Assembly (NCBI GenBank): GCA_043228905.1
Contig: JBHGNT010000015.1
Location: 8,866,001-8,930,000 of the forward strand
Length of the DNA: 64,000 nt
Reading direction: 5' to 3'
DNA from: Azolla caroliniana
Lineage: Eukaryota > Plantae > Polypodiophyta
The notes under the pieces are model-generated. The model searched no databases. It had not been told where the DNA came from and saw only the letters and a program-made list of their open reading frames with translations. Numbering within the stretch: position 1 is the first letter of the stretch; the number at the start of each line of letters is the position of its first letter. This document shows positions 25,446 through 39,174 of the stretch, in pieces. Position numbers and translations under genes: made by a program.

Positions 25446-28400
25446 TGTCAGGAATAGTACTAAAGCAGAGATGGAATTAGTACTAAGAAGAGAAGTACTA
25501 TTAGTACTAAGAGGACGGGACTACGTAAGATTCCCGAGAGAGGAAGTGAGAAAGAGAGAGAGAAAGATGATGACAACAGCTAATATATTATGTGAAAAGA
25601 TAAGTACAAGCGGTTGAGAGGCTTAAAACTGGCGTTGAACCAATTTGGTTCAACATAATGCCTAGTGCCTTCTTTTATAGTGTTGTCAGGAGTAATCCAG
25701 AAACTTCTAGAATGTTCTAGAGAAATCTGGAATATACATTACTTTCTTATAATAAAACATAAATGAAAATAATATCCTATGAATTACAATAGATGGTGTG
25801 ATGGTTAAGAGCTCGACCCATATACCATAAGGTCATGGGTTTGAGTCTTGCCATATCATGACACTATCTCCCCCTTAAAGACGACGAGTGGAACGAGTCG
25901 GCGCTGATTGCGGACCGAGTTTGTCTGGATATTTTCGGTGGAAATCAGCAAGCAGATCCTGAGCATTGGCAACATGCTCGACGGGTTCCCAAGTGCGTTC
26001 GCTCGGACTATAACCAACCCAATCGACCAAATAATAAAGTTTGTTGCGAATAAGTTTGGAATTGAGGATGGCAACAACTTCATACTCTGGGCCGGCGTCC
26101 AACTCCAGCGGGGGCGGCGGTGATGTAACACGATCAGGAATGGTGTTTGCTTTATAAGGTTCAAGAAGAGAACAATGGAAACTCGGATGTATCTGAAGCT
26201 GCGGAGGGAGATCAAGGCGGAATGTGACATCATTAACTTTACCCGTAATACGGAAAGGACCGAGTCGTCGATAATCCAACTTGTCGCACGGTCGAGTAGT
26301 CTTGATGTGACGACGTAAGAGACATACTCGATCTCCGATGGCAAAAGAGGAGGGAAGCCGATGACGATCCACGTAAGTCTTCTGTGTCTGTTGAGCATGA
26401 CGAAGATGAGTCGAGAGATCTATCTGGATCTTGCGTAGTCTCTCCAAATGACTAGGGCGGCGGTTTCCTCGCTAGTGATGGCCTTAGTACACGGAACAAA
26501 ATGTGCCATCTTCGTATATCGATCGACGACGGTTAAGATAGCGTCGAACCCCTGTGAGACCGGCAGATCTGTGATAAAATCAAGACAAATAGATTGCCAC
26601 GACTTACTTGGAATCGGTAAGGGTTCCAACAAGCCATATGGATGGTGTCGTGGCATCTTTGCTCGGCAGCAAGCATCACAGGTCCGAACGTAGTCGTCAA
26701 CAAAACGGCGCTTGTGGGGCCACCAAAAAGATCGATGCACTAGCTCCAACGTCTTAGTACTACCAAAATGTCCCGCCATATGGGTGTCGTGACAATGCTG
26801 GACGATTTGAAGGCGACAGGAGCAATCGGGGACATATACGCGCTTTTTAAAGAATAACAAACCATCATGATATTCGAATTGTCGGTAGTCAATACCTGGT
26901 TGTTGAGACTGAGAACAGGATGCCCGAGAAGTATCAATGTGATCTAGGATGTCTTGAGCAAAACAATCCGTCTTCAAGTTTGCACGTATGTCATCGGTAA
27001 TCCGTGAATCCATCGGGGTGTGAAAAATCCGCGTCGTGTGCAATCGTGTTGGTCCCAAGATTACTTGCTTTTGATATCAAATGTTGGATCACCAGGACGA
27101 GGTGCAAGATATGAACGCCGTGGTAGTGCATCTGCTTTTCCTTGCTGCTTCCCCGGTCGATATGTGATTTTGAAGTCGAAACGCGTGAGGAATTGCGCCC
27201 ACCGAGCTTGCCGTCGATTTAGTACGCGAGCGTTCTGGAAATAAGCAAGATTTTTATGATCACTAAAGACAATGACCTGATGTGGAGAGCCCTCTAAGAA
27301 ATGCCGCCATTGCACAAATGAATCCACGATGGCTAATAACTCCTTGTCATGTATTTCGTAGTTGATTTCCGCAACATCGAATTTGCGCGAATGGAAAGCC
27401 ACCGGATGCAACTCTTCTTTATCTCCTTGTTGAGAAAGGATGCTACCGAGGGCGAAATCTGAAGCATCGGTCTCCATGATGACTGGTTTGCTAGTATCCA
27501 CATGAGCTAGAATCGGTGCTGATGTAAAGGCTTTCTTAAGATGCCGAAAAGCCATATCTGCTTCAATGGACCAAAGAAATGCTTGGCCCTTCTTCGTAAG
27601 TTGTGTGAGGGGTAAGATAATCTTCGAGTAATCCTGTATAAACTTACGGTAGAAGTTAGCAAAACCTAGAAAACATTGTACATCTCGTACCGACTGTGGA
27701 ATTTGCCACTCTAGTACAGTTTGGACTTTAGCTGGATCCATGGCGATGCCCTTTGAGGAGATGACGTAGCCTAGAAATTCCACTTGCTTGTAGTCAAAGC
27801 TACATTTTTCTAGCTTGGCATAAAGACCATTCTCGCGGAGTCGCTTTAGTACTAATAGTACATGAGAATCGTGCTCTTGCTGGGTCTTCGAATAAATCAA
27901 TAGATCATTAAGATAGATGATCAAACAGATATCCAAGAGGTCTCTGAATATATCATTTGCCATGTGTTGGAAGACTGCGGGTGCATTGGTTTGGCCGAAC
28001 GGCATAACAGTATACTCGAAATGCCCATACCGCGTGCGAAAGGCGGTCTTCCATTCATCTCCCAGTCGGATCCGCACGAGGTTATACGCTCCTCGTAGAT
28101 CGATTTTGGTAAAAAACTTGGCACCATTAACTCGCTCTAAAAGACTTGATATAAGAGGAAGTGCATACCTATTCCGGATGGTGACCTTATTCAATCCGCG
28201 GTAATCAACGACGAGACGAAGTGAGCCATCTTTCTTCTTGACAAAGAAGATGGGTGCACCGGCCGGAGATTTCGAATGACGGATGAACCCGCTTGCCAAG
28301 TTCTCCTTGATGTAGGCTCGAAGGACTTCTAACTCGGTGGGTGACAAGTTGTAAATTGGTCCCCATGGGGGCTCGGTTCCTGGTTGTAAATCGATGGGAC

Positions 28401-30689
28401 AGTCATAGGGACGGTGATGAGGAAGGGTACCGGCTTTTACCTTGTCAAATACATCGGCATAAGGATGATATTTTGCCGGAAGTTGTACTGAGGAGTCCTT
28501 CTTAATAGTGCTGGAAGGATGTACTGATATTGCAAATAGGAACATTGCCTCCTTGTGTCCTTCTTCGCGTAATTGATGGAGTGAAATGGTCGAAACTCGG
28601 TGAGTAGATTCTTGGGGTGGTCGATATCGGACTTCTCTTGTTCTCCAATCTATGGCTGGATTATGTAATTCAAACCAAGGTAATCCTAGGACAATGGGAT
28701 GCTCTGGACTACTAATTATATTAAATGATATTACACACACAAAACTACCTAGGACAACTTGAATGGGTTCTGATTCTTCTACAATATTCCCGGAAGCAAT
28801 GGGATGACCATCAATGACTACTACAGATGCAGGACAAGGAAGTTTTCTTAGGGATATCTGAGAAGCTTGGGCAAAATTTCGATCCATGAAACAAGAATTA
28901 GCTCCGGAATCTAAGAGTGCTAGGACGGGTACTGGGGGAGTACTTTTAGTACTAACAATGACTTGGGCTAGGAACACATTGCTAACTTGCTTGGAAGGAA
29001 TGGAACCACTAATGGGCTGTACAGATCTAGGGCTGCTGTCCAACCAAACGGTTCCTATTTTGGTTGGACTCAATCGTTTAACTCTTCATCTAATTGACTA
29101 AGGATTTCAAATTTGTTTGAGATACTTGGGCTATTAGTACTATGAATACTATCTGACACTCTATTAGTACTATTAATACTATCAGACACTCCGAAGGGAA
29201 GAATTGACTCGGGTTTAGTATAAGCGACGATTTGATTTACCTGTCTTTTTGGCCTATGGGGACAATTGATGGCGATATGCCCTGGTCCACCGCAATAAAG
29301 ACATAATCGATTGGCACGTCGTCGTTGCTTTTCTTCTTCCGATAACGGGCCACGTCGACGCATGGTGTCGATCTCCATCGGTGTCGGAATATTGGCTTGA
29401 GGTACATCGCGTGCAAATGGTTTAGCCGTGACTGAGGCGTATATGGGTTCCGGCCGAGAGCGTGGTATTTGTAACTGACGCTCCGAACGCCGTTCGAAAA
29501 GGCGGTTGTCGCATCGGACCGCTTGACTGATTGCCTCCGTAAGAGACTTTGGTTCTTCGGGGAAGGTTAAAAGTAGATCTTTGACATCATTGCGCAAGCC
29601 GTAGCGAAACTGCTCCATGAGGGCCTGATCATCCCAGGGAATATCTGAGGCGAGTAGGCGGAAATCCGCCGCGTAGGCAGAGGTTGGACGATCGCCTTGA
29701 CGCAATCTTCAGATCTTGTTGATAGCCGTCCTGATGTTGTCGGTATCTCCAAAGCAGGCTTTAAACTCACCAATAAAATCTTCAAAGTTATTAAGCAAGG
29801 GTGATTGTTTTTCTAGAAGCGGAGTGAACCATGCCAAGGCTGAGCCGCTAAGTAACGTGCCTATTAGGCCGACTCGAGATGCATCAGTGGGATATCGGGA
29901 AGGATGCATCTGGATGACTAAGCGTACCTGATTAAGGAATCCCCAGAATTGCGATCGCGTTCCATCAAATTTCACAGGAAGTCCAATCTTGGGCTCTTTA
30001 TGAAATCCTTGGGGACTTGATCCTTGTTGTTGCAACGCTGCTTCGAGTTGTTGTACCCGTAATGCTAACTCCCCATGTTGTTGTTGCGTTTGTTGTTTTT
30101 CGGGAGCGATTTGTTGCAGAACCCCTATCAACCGTTGGTTTTCTTGTTCCAGAGCAACAAACTTTTCTTTTAGGCACTATAACTCAGAGAAAACGGATTG
30201 ATATTCTTGGGCGCTAACAGTAGCCATAGTATAGGGAAAAGGGTAGGAGGAAAGGAAAATTTGGTTCAAACTGTCAGGAATAGTACTAAAGCAGAGATGG
30301 AATTAGTACTAAGAAGAGAAGTACTATTAGTACTAAGAGGACGGGACTACGTAAGATTCCCGAGAGAGGAAGTGAGAAAGAGAGAGAGAAAGATGATGAC
30401 AGCAGCTAATATATTATGTGAAAAGATAAGTACAAGCGGCTGAGAGGCTTAAGACTGGCGTTGAACCAATTTGGTTCAACATAATGCCTAGTGCCTTCTT
30501 TTATAGTGTTGTCAGGAGTAATCCAGAAACTTCTAGAATGTTCTAGAGAAATCTGGAATATACATTACTTTCTTATAATAAAACATAAATGAAAATAATA
30601 TCCTATGAATTACAATAGATGGTGTGATGGTTAAGAGCTCGACCCATATACCATAAGGTCATGGGTTCGAGTCTTGCCATATCATGACA
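25446..30689 (-). mobile_element. Tcn1/Tf1-sushi-like chromovirus G, full length with internal integrase deletion
   Basis: 418-bp LTRs at 25446-25863 and 30272-30689 (4 differences seen). TSD ACTAT on both sides, PPT AAGGGGGAGATAG, no tRNA-type PBS. Confidence 0.96.
25875..30131 (-). pseudogene. gag (PEG10-like capsid, CCHC) and pol (PR, RT, RH, partial IN, chromodomain) of G
   Basis: EPKIGLPVKFDG, CLYCGGPGHIAINC, LLDSGANSCF, KIDLRGAYNL, YLNDLLIYS, ETDASDFALG, EYEVVAIL...YLVDWVGY..RTWEP. The gag/pol overlap at G TTA AAC (about 29080) puts pol in the -1 frame. Confidence 0.93.
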
Positions 30690-33600
30690 ACTATTGAGTC
30701 CAAGAAAGAAGGTTCAAGGGAGATAAGAAAGAAAGAACCGAGGAGGCCATTAACACTTGGCTTGGTCATTGGGAGTCTCACTTTGAGCTCCACCCCAAGC
30801 CCGATGTTGTAAAAATTGGTTATGTCGGTTGTGAGTTGGGTGGTTGAGTTGCTACTTGGTGGCATGGCCTAAGGACTGCAAAGAACTTACCCACAACTTA
30901 AGAAGGTTTCGTTGATGTTTTTAAGAAACAGTTTTTGCAGCCACCTTCTCAAACTGAACAAGCGCAACACTTGCTCACGTTGTCGAGTAAGCCATTTACC
31001 TCTCTTGAGGATTATGTGCATCATGCTCGGACCCATATCCAAAAATCGGGACTTACGGGTGAGAAATGGTTTGTTGCTTACTTTTTGAATGGTATTCCCA
31101 ATGGGGATTGCCATTGGATTGTCCATGACAAGGACCCCACAACTTTCGAGGAAGCCGTCAACATTGTACTTCAGTACCATAGGACTTCCAAGAAAGACCA
31201 CAATAAACCTGAGTTTGCCAAAACTTTGAATGTCAAGTTCATTGGGAAACGTAAGCAATCCAGTGACACTCTTGACCACGACTCCAAGAAACCGAACCTC
31301 TTCTGTGCATATTGCAAGAAGCGGGGCCACACAAAGGATACCTGTCGTCGTCTTGAGAGGAAGTCAATGAACACCCCTCCTCAAGACAAATCTACGAGTC
31401 ACACATGTGAGTCTTTTGATGTTGTTGAAGTTCATGTGAATGCCCTTTTCCTTCACATTTACTTGGACCTAATGATTTACCCCAAGCAGTCGGGTATATC
31501 AATGGAACACAAACACATTTCTTGTTTGATTTCGGTAGTTCTCACAATTTTCTTAATGATCACTTTGTGCAATAAATGGAACTCCACATAAACGCAAGTG
31601 ATCATATCTATCAAATTCACATGGAAAATCGAAGCATTCAATACATCAGTGGCATTGTTTGTCAACTGCCAATTCAAATAGATACCTATTTGGAGAAGCT
31701 AGATTTTCATGTTATGAAACTACAATCCGTAAATGTCCTTTTAGGATACCCTTGATTTTTTAATAAAAACCCTTCTTTGTCCATTGATTGGGTTAATCAC
31801 TCAATCACATTTGAACTTAATAATTGTAAACATTTTATTCAATGTTCCAAACTTCCTTCTCGTTCACTTGTGTCTTCTAAATCTTTAAGTGAGTATTCAA
31901 GTTCATTAATTTATTCATGTGTAATTGATCCTGCGTTTCAATTTTATTATTTTAATATTGATGCCACACAATTACCACATTATGAACAACGATTACTCAA
32001 CTCTATTTTAGACGATTTTCAAGACGTGTTTCCTAACGAATTGCCGCTTATTTTACTACCAAAATGTAATGTGGACCATCAAATTGAACTCATCCCCGGT
32101 GTTGCTCTTGTGAGCATTCCACCTTACTGACTTAGTCGATTAGAAGAGGATGAGATCGCTAAACAACTTAGGAATACTCGAGTATGGGCCACATTAGGTA
32201 TAGTAAATCACCTTGGGGTGTGCCAGTTCTATTAGTTAAGAAGAAGGAAGGTTCATGGCGAATGTGTATCAATTATTGCTGTTTGAATAAAATGACAATT
32301 AAAAATGCATATCCGTTACCTCGTGTAGATGATTTGATTGATCGTTTGCATGGGGCCCGATATTTTACTAAAATTGACTTACGAACAGGTTATCATCAGA
32401 TTCGCATTGCCAGGGATGATATTCCTAAAACCGTTTTTCGTACATGCTATGACCATTATGAGTTTTTAGTCATGCCTTTCGGGTTTACTAATACTCTAGC
32501 TACATTCCAACAAGCGATGAATGACATTTTCCGAGATCAACTCGGTGATTTTGTTGTTGTCTTCTTGGATGATATTTTGATATATAGTCATACCTTGCAA
32601 GATCATGTTCAACATGTTCGATTTGTTTTGCAAAAGTTGCGTGACAACTCTTTCTATGCAAAACATTCAAAATGTGATTTTTTTCCAAAAATGTATTGTG
32701 TACCTAGGTCATTTAATTACGGAAAATGACGTTGAAATTGAACCTTCTCGTATTCAAAAGGTTAAACTTTGGCCTATTCCTTGTAATATTCGTGAATTGC
32801 GATCATTCTTAGGGTTTGTTGGATTTTTACGAAAATCAATTCGTAACTATTCCAAATTGACTACGCGATTAACTATCCTTTTAAAAGGTCATCCACGTAA
32901 GTTTGTCAAACCGATTGCATGGAATGAAAAACTTGACAAATCATTTGAGACACTCAAAGAGCATGTGTGTAGGCTCCTACTCTTCTATTATCGGACCCTT
33001 ATAAGCCTTTCTCAATCGAAACTGATGCTAGTGATTATGCTATTGGTGCCATTCTCTATCAAGGCGATCACCCTATTGCTTTTGAAACTAAGAAGCTTGA
33101 TGCTGCTCAATCTCGGTATTCGGTTCAAGAGAAAGAGTTGTTTGTGGTAATACATTCACTTCAAACATGGAGGCACTATCTCTATGAAATAAATTTGTGG
33201 TTACAACAGACCATCAATCATTCAAGTATTTTTGTGACCAGTCAAATCTTGTTGGTTGTAAAGGCCGTTGGGCTGACCTTATGCAATATTTTGATTTTTC
33301 CATACAGTGTCGCAAGGGTTCTATGAACATCGTTGTAGATGCTCTTAGTCACATTAAATAAGTTAACATGCTTAGCTTCACGGAAATAAAATCTGGTTTT
33401 TTAGATCACCTTCGAGGGAAATAACTTGATGATAGTTATTTCTCAAAATACTAGATGAAAGCCGAATCAGGTTTAGATGCCATTACTAGCACCCTGCCCT
33501 CGAAGGCGACCTTTCACAATACAAATGGTTTGCTCTACTGTAGTGAAAAGGTCTATGTTCCAGATTTACCAAACGTAAAACAGAAAATTCTTCATGAATG

Positions 33601-34970
33601 TCATGATGCACCATCTACGGGTCATCTTGGAATAGAACGCACACTCGTTCTCATCTCGAGTACTTTTTTCTGGCCTAAGATGCGCTCTAACATGCATAAA
33701 TATGTAACTCAATGCTTACAATGTCAGATTAATACGTCGGAACAACTTAAAGCTGTTGGTCTTTTACATCCCTTAGATATTCCCAACAACAAATGGGAAA
33801 GTATCTCGATGGATTTTATTGTTAGTTTACCTCGTACACACAGCGGTCATGATGCCATTTGGGTTGTCATTGATAGACTAATAAAATTGGCTAGATTTAT
33901 TCCTACCAAAACCACGGTAAACGCTCAACAATTGGCTTATCAATTTGTTGATGAGTTATTTCATTTTTATGATGCCATTTGGGTTGTCGTTGACAGACTA
34001 ACAAAATTGGCTAGATTTATACCTACCAAAACCATGGTAACCGCTCAACAATTGGCTTATCAATTTGTTGATGAGTTATTTCGTTTTTATGGATTACTGA
34101 TCAAGTTTACTAGTGACTTTTGGACTCAAGTCTTTAAGAAACTAGAAACTACATTGAACATGAGTTCCGCAGATCATCCTCAATCTGATGGACAAACTGA
34201 ATGAGTTAATCAAATTATTGAGGACATGCTTCGAGCTTATGTAGCAAAAACCCCTTCTAAGTCGGAGCAATACCTTCCTATCTTAGAATTTGCCTATAAT
34301 AGCTCTAAACATACATCCACTAGATATAGTCCTTTTATGTTGATGTATGGTTTTCAGCCACGTGCCCCAGTCAATGTCACGATTCATTGTGATACATTAG
34401 ACAGTACACGCAATTTTTTGCAAGACATGAACCAAATGTTGCATATTGCCAAAGAAAATGTCAAGATAGCTCAAGATCGTGCTCAATTTTATGTTGATCA
34501 GAAGACACGTCCTCATGCATTTGCTATTGGTCAAAAAGTTTTTTTGCGTGTCCCTACTGACTCTACGTCATTGTCTACGGGCAAGTGTGCTAAGTTAGCC
34601 CCAATATTGTGGCCCATTTGAAATCCTTAAGCGAGTTGGGTCATCTGCTTATCACCTTGCCTTACCCCGTAACGTTGGTATTCATCCTGTTTTTCATGTT
34701 AGTCGTCTAAAACTATTTTTAGGTTCTGGTGATAACACCATCACAATCCAAGATCTTGTAACATTAGAGGATTTTCTTACAAACCTCATGTTCCTGAACG
34801 AATTCTTGATTCTCGTACTAAACGTTTACGTTCTAAAGAGATTCGGCTATTCAAGATCAAATGGATGGATAAACGTATTGATGATGGCACATGAGAACGC
34901 GGGCATATTCTTAAGGCACAATTTCCTCACTTCATATTGCAAGATTGCAATCTTTTAAAGTGGGGGAGTA

Positions 34971-35439
34971 TGTTATGTACACATAATGTTGGTGAGGGTA
35001 GGTCACTAATATTTACATTAGTGAAGGGTATGTTCAATAATATTAAAAAGGGGCTAATGTGATTGGATAGAAGGAATGATAGGTTCAATCACTATCATGA
35101 TTTGGGCAACCAATGAATGGAGACCCTTTTAGAAAGGCACATCTATTCAAGGGGCCTAGGAAAAGGTATAAATATGAGGCTTAGCTACCCTCATAAGGAC
35201 ATTACGTCGGAAGGCTACTGTCTTAGATACCGGTGGTGCCGGGCTCAACTTTTGTCTCGACGATCGTGTTTATCTCTTCCATAGTCATCCTAATATCCAA
35301 CGGTATGGGACGTCGATGGTAGGTTGGCTATGTCTAGATCATAGCTTGGAGGAAGTCGGGTGGAACACGTTCTTCTATCCAATCTATTTTCCTTCTTTTA
35401 CTTTACTTTGGTCTATTGATTAGTAATAGACTCTTAACA
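34971..35439 (+). repeat. 3' LTR of C (469 bp)
   Basis: TG...CA ends, preceded by the PPT, followed by TSD AAGCT. Confidence 0.95.
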
Positions 35440-35444
35440 AAGCT

Positions 35445-36904
35445 CCTTGGCGATCTTAATCAGTCGGGGGTCATTTGATGTCCCTAAATCGGCTTCCTCC
35501 AAGGTCAATGCCTTTACCATTAAGATATCTCCATTTCTCGCTCTAAGGCTTCTCGGGCGTGGTAGAGTTCTTCCACAGATTTTGGTTTCCCTCTATCTTA
35601 GTGTCCGTATTGGACATGTATGGGCTGGCCGCTTCGATGACATCAATTTCGAATAACAATATTAGTTTCAGGTTCTTTTCTAAATACTGGTCAACCTCGT
35701 TGTCGGCCAATCCATTGAGCATATGAACTCCCTCGCCGTAGAGTGGTGTTCTCTCTTTTGGCGTAGAGTCGGGACCTGAATTTTTTTCTTACCTTTTTAG
35801 AAGGTGATGATATTTCTATGCCAGTTCTGTTTGATGTTGGTTGTCCACAGCCATAGACTTCTGAGTAGAATCGGATACGCGTCAGATGCGTTTAGGTGTT
35901 GGACGACCGCCGAAATTTGAAATGCATGCCCATCAATTATGATTTAGAGGTTTTGAATTAGATAAAGAGGTCTTACGAAGCTCATATCCGCTATCCTTAG
36001 CCAGAATGGGCAAGCTTCCCATTGGTTAATTCCGAGTCGGTGGCATGTAGCTTTACTAATTACGTTGGTTATGTAATCGGGTATTTCTTGTCCTTTGATG
36101 ACGAGTTTCACGGCTGGGTTCTATGCGTCCAACACCACCGGTTCTATGCTTGATTCGGCAAAATGGATCAATGCATTCGGCCATTCCTTTTTGCTTGCCA
36201 TTGCCGCCACCGTCTCTTTGAAAGGGGGAACGAGATTCAGCAACTTACTCAGTGGCCTTGAAATTTGGCAGCCCTTGGTAGATCTGCTCGTCCCCAAGTG
36301 GTTTGTCGGTTGTTGCTAGTTGTTCCTATGTGTGGGTTTTGCAGATTGTGATAGTTTGCATCTCATTTTGCATGCGTTCAGCATTCACGTTGTTGGCCTT
36401 ATCAATTTAGACCTTTGCCGCTTTACTGATCTCGTTCTGAGCTTCCCACTCAAACTATTTTGTTTTGTTGTGGGTGGTCACTTCTTGAACCTCTCCCGTG
36501 ATCATGTTGATTGTTGGGGGGTCCCTCTATCATTTTGTGGGCATCGAGTAGCGTAGTCCCTTGGTTTGTGGCAGTTGTAGCATATGATGGGTGCTGCTTG
36601 ACTTGATTCCCCTCGTTCTATTGGTGGTGATGGTAGTTGTCGAGTAGGTTCGTCCCGTGGCCAAGGATTATAATGTTGCACTTGTCGGGGGTGCCGATCA
36701 TCTCTACAATCCTCGTTTGCTTGAAATCGACAATTTCTAGGATGATTATCCTCTTTGTGCTGATAATCTTGTCGGTGCCGGTTATTACCGTGATTCAGTT
36801 TGTTCGTGAATCGATCATTATTCGTGTTGTTGCCTGGCTTCCTCTCGGTCCTTGGCTCACGTGCATACCAAGGGGCATACTCTCCCTTGTTCACGGTTGT
36901 GGAA
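35445..36904 (-). mobile_element. Upstream part of gypsy H (gag knuckle, protease region)
   Basis: ICYNCHKPRDYATRCP knuckle. Sequence next to 35445 (DDPRLIKIAKEL) continues at 15837 as APTERSVMVKLLKEYKDVFAWSY. Confidence 0.8.
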
Positions 36905-37370
36905 TGTTACGTGCGGAAGCTATACGAAACACAGAATACCAACAGGGAAAAACATGTTTAATGGAGAGCTTAAGAGACAATGTATGCGGGAGAGACAGAG
37001 AGGGAATGAACACACAAAAAAAACTAAATTCAAAATAATGTGTAAAACTCTGTACATAGGATGTGCTCAAAGAGAACTTTTATACAAGTCCATACGGACT
37101 GACAAAAGTACTGACACGTACTTCAATGCTCATAACTGAGCTCCTACACTAACTCCCAAATATATTCCCTTGTGGAATATCTGTTCAACGGCTTCCCGGT
37201 TTCCGCACCGATTTGGCCTCTTGTTGCACACCGGTTTGTGCACCAGTTTATGTACCAGTTTATGCACCGATCCGGCCTATTCGATCGGTCCAAACCGATC
37301 TGGTTCTCGGCTCGCACAGCCGATCCGGCCAATGTTGAGCTTGTATCTCAACACTCCCCCTCAAGCTCAA
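36905..37370 (-). mobile_element. Copia 3' LTR (36905-37353) with PPT remnant
   Basis: Minus strand TTGAGCTTGAGGGGGAG-TGTTGAGATACAAGCTCAAC ... GTAACA. It interrupts the gag of H. Confidence 0.7.
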
Positions 37371-38745
37371 CTCCTCTCTAGAGCCTTTAAAAGCCTCCAA
37401 CACAACAAACACATTATCATCCTCCCAACCGATAAAAATATGGGAGATGTGTTCTAGATAAAGACACATACTACACCAAAGCCATAGAACACCTCTTGAA
37501 TTCTACCACCTATAAGAGAGTCACCCACTTCCCCTTGGAAGAGTTACTATACTGCCTTAATAACATAATAACAAACCACTTAGGTACACTTTCCCTAATT
37601 GAAGCCAATTTCATCCTCCACAAACACAAAAAAGGATATCAAGTATCCAAGTTCCTCTATTTCCTCCCTAAATTACACAAAACACCTATGGGTTTTCGAC
37701 CCATTTGTTCATATAATAACTCCTTATTTAAACAAACATCGAAGTGGTTACACCACCAACTTCTACCAATCCTCCTTCTCCAACCACAATATCTAAAAGA
37801 CTCTCACACACTAATCCAATCACTAGAAAACCTACACCCACCATCTAATAGTTTCTTATTCACGTTTGACGTTGAATCTCTTTATCCTAGTATCCCCCCT
37901 AAGCTAGGAATCCAAGCCCTACATAGTCTAATCACCCCCCACTTTTCCCCTTCGAAAACAAATCTCATCTATACCCTTAGTGCCCTTGTTTTAGAATATC
38001 ACTATCTAACTTTCGATGGCATCGTTTACCAACAAATAAAAGGTACAGCCATGGGTAGCAACTTTTCAGTCGTATATGCATGCCTCTTTTTAGTATATCT
38101 CGAAAACTTACAACCATCGCCCCCCCATCTCTTCTATTGATGATGCATCTGGGGTCTGGATAGGCACCAAATCTCAACTTTTAGAATATCTTGACTTTTA
38201 CCCTTTACACACAAAAAACTCCATCAAGCTTACTATTCAAACTTCCCCCTTTAGGCTACCATTTTTAGACATATAGATCAACCTCGAAAACTCATCTTTT
38301 TCATTCAATTGTTTTCAAAAACCTCTCAATTCATACCAATACTTGCCTTTTTCATTGGATCATCCTTCCCATACAAAACAATAGTTTATCACTAATGAAG
38401 TGAAGAGATATCTCATTAGAGAAAGCACCCCATTAGGTTTCTACCAAATGAAAAAACTCTTTTTCAATAGACTAGTTAATCGTGGTTACCCTCCATCCTT
38501 TATACTAAAAAGCTATTAGAAAATACCTTTTAATCTTAGAAAAACACTCCTATATCAACCCAAAACTACTACTTCCCTTAACACCACAATCTTTAAACTT
38601 AGATACACTAAACATACCCCAAAACTAGGCATTCATAGTTTTCTGAAAAAACTCTATAATGACTTAATGTTAGATCCCGGGCTTACAAGCATCTCACGCC
38701 CCTTCATATGTTGGACAAAATCTAAGTCCATACATGCCCTCCTAG

Positions 38746-38910
38746 TTAAGACTAAGTTTTCAAAAAATCCACTGAAATCCCCCACTTAAAACTAAGTTTT
38801 CAAACAATCCACCCAAATCTCCCACTTAAGACTAAATTTTCAAACAATCCACCCAAATCCCCCACTTAACACTAAGTTTTCAAATAATTCACCCACATCC
38901 CACACTTAAT
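38746..38910 (+). repeat. 40-bp tandem repeat x4 at PLE ORF end
   Basis: TTAA.ACTAA.TTTTCAAA.AATCCAC...ATCCCCCAC units start at 38746, 38786, 38826 and 38866. Confidence 0.93.
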
Positions 38911-39018
38911 ATTATACCACCATCCTAAATCCCCTTTTTCATCACATTAAGAACTCCCCCCTCACCATCATCATTATACTCATTCCCCCTCTCTCACTCC
39001 CTATCATTTCATACACAC

Positions 39019-39065
<47 letters not shown>

Positions 39066-39174
39066 CCACATCCTATTCTATCTCATCTACTACACAAATC
39101 AAATCCTCCCCACTCCATTTCTCTCACTCCCTCTTCCTTCCCACCCCTTTATTAATCACATTCTCTTGTTGTAA

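Larger units (their letters stand above)
25264..34950 (+). pseudogene. gag-pol of C (split by G): gag knuckle, RT, RNase H, integrase, chromodomain
   Basis: The frame ...KFQELTI|ESKKEG rejoins across [65 protein letters not shown], and a chromodomain-like PERILDSR..IKWMD. Many frameshifts. Confidence 0.88.
15843..35439 (+). mobile_element. Chromovirus-type gypsy element C, full length with nested insertions
   Basis: LTRs start TGTTATGTACACATAA (15843, 34971) and end AGACTCTTAACA (18130, 35439). TSD AAGCT at 15838-42 and 35440-44, tRNA-Met PBS TGGTATCAGAGC at 18132, PPT AAAGTGGGGGAG before 34971. Confidence 0.95.

Noticed and set aside
25790-25860. tRNA gene call for A/B-box sequence in LTRs (also 8869, 30620, 52390)
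   Set aside because: There is no convincing acceptor or anticodon stem, so it is reported only as a tRNA-derived promoter-like motif.
29709-30131. Domesticated PEG10/RTL-like gene
   Set aside because: It is the gag of element G, flanked by LTRs and a TSD, and it carries a premature stop.
38746-38910. CRISPR-like or telomeric array
   Set aside because: The units are contiguous with no unique spacers and no cas genes, and there are no TTTAGGG units.
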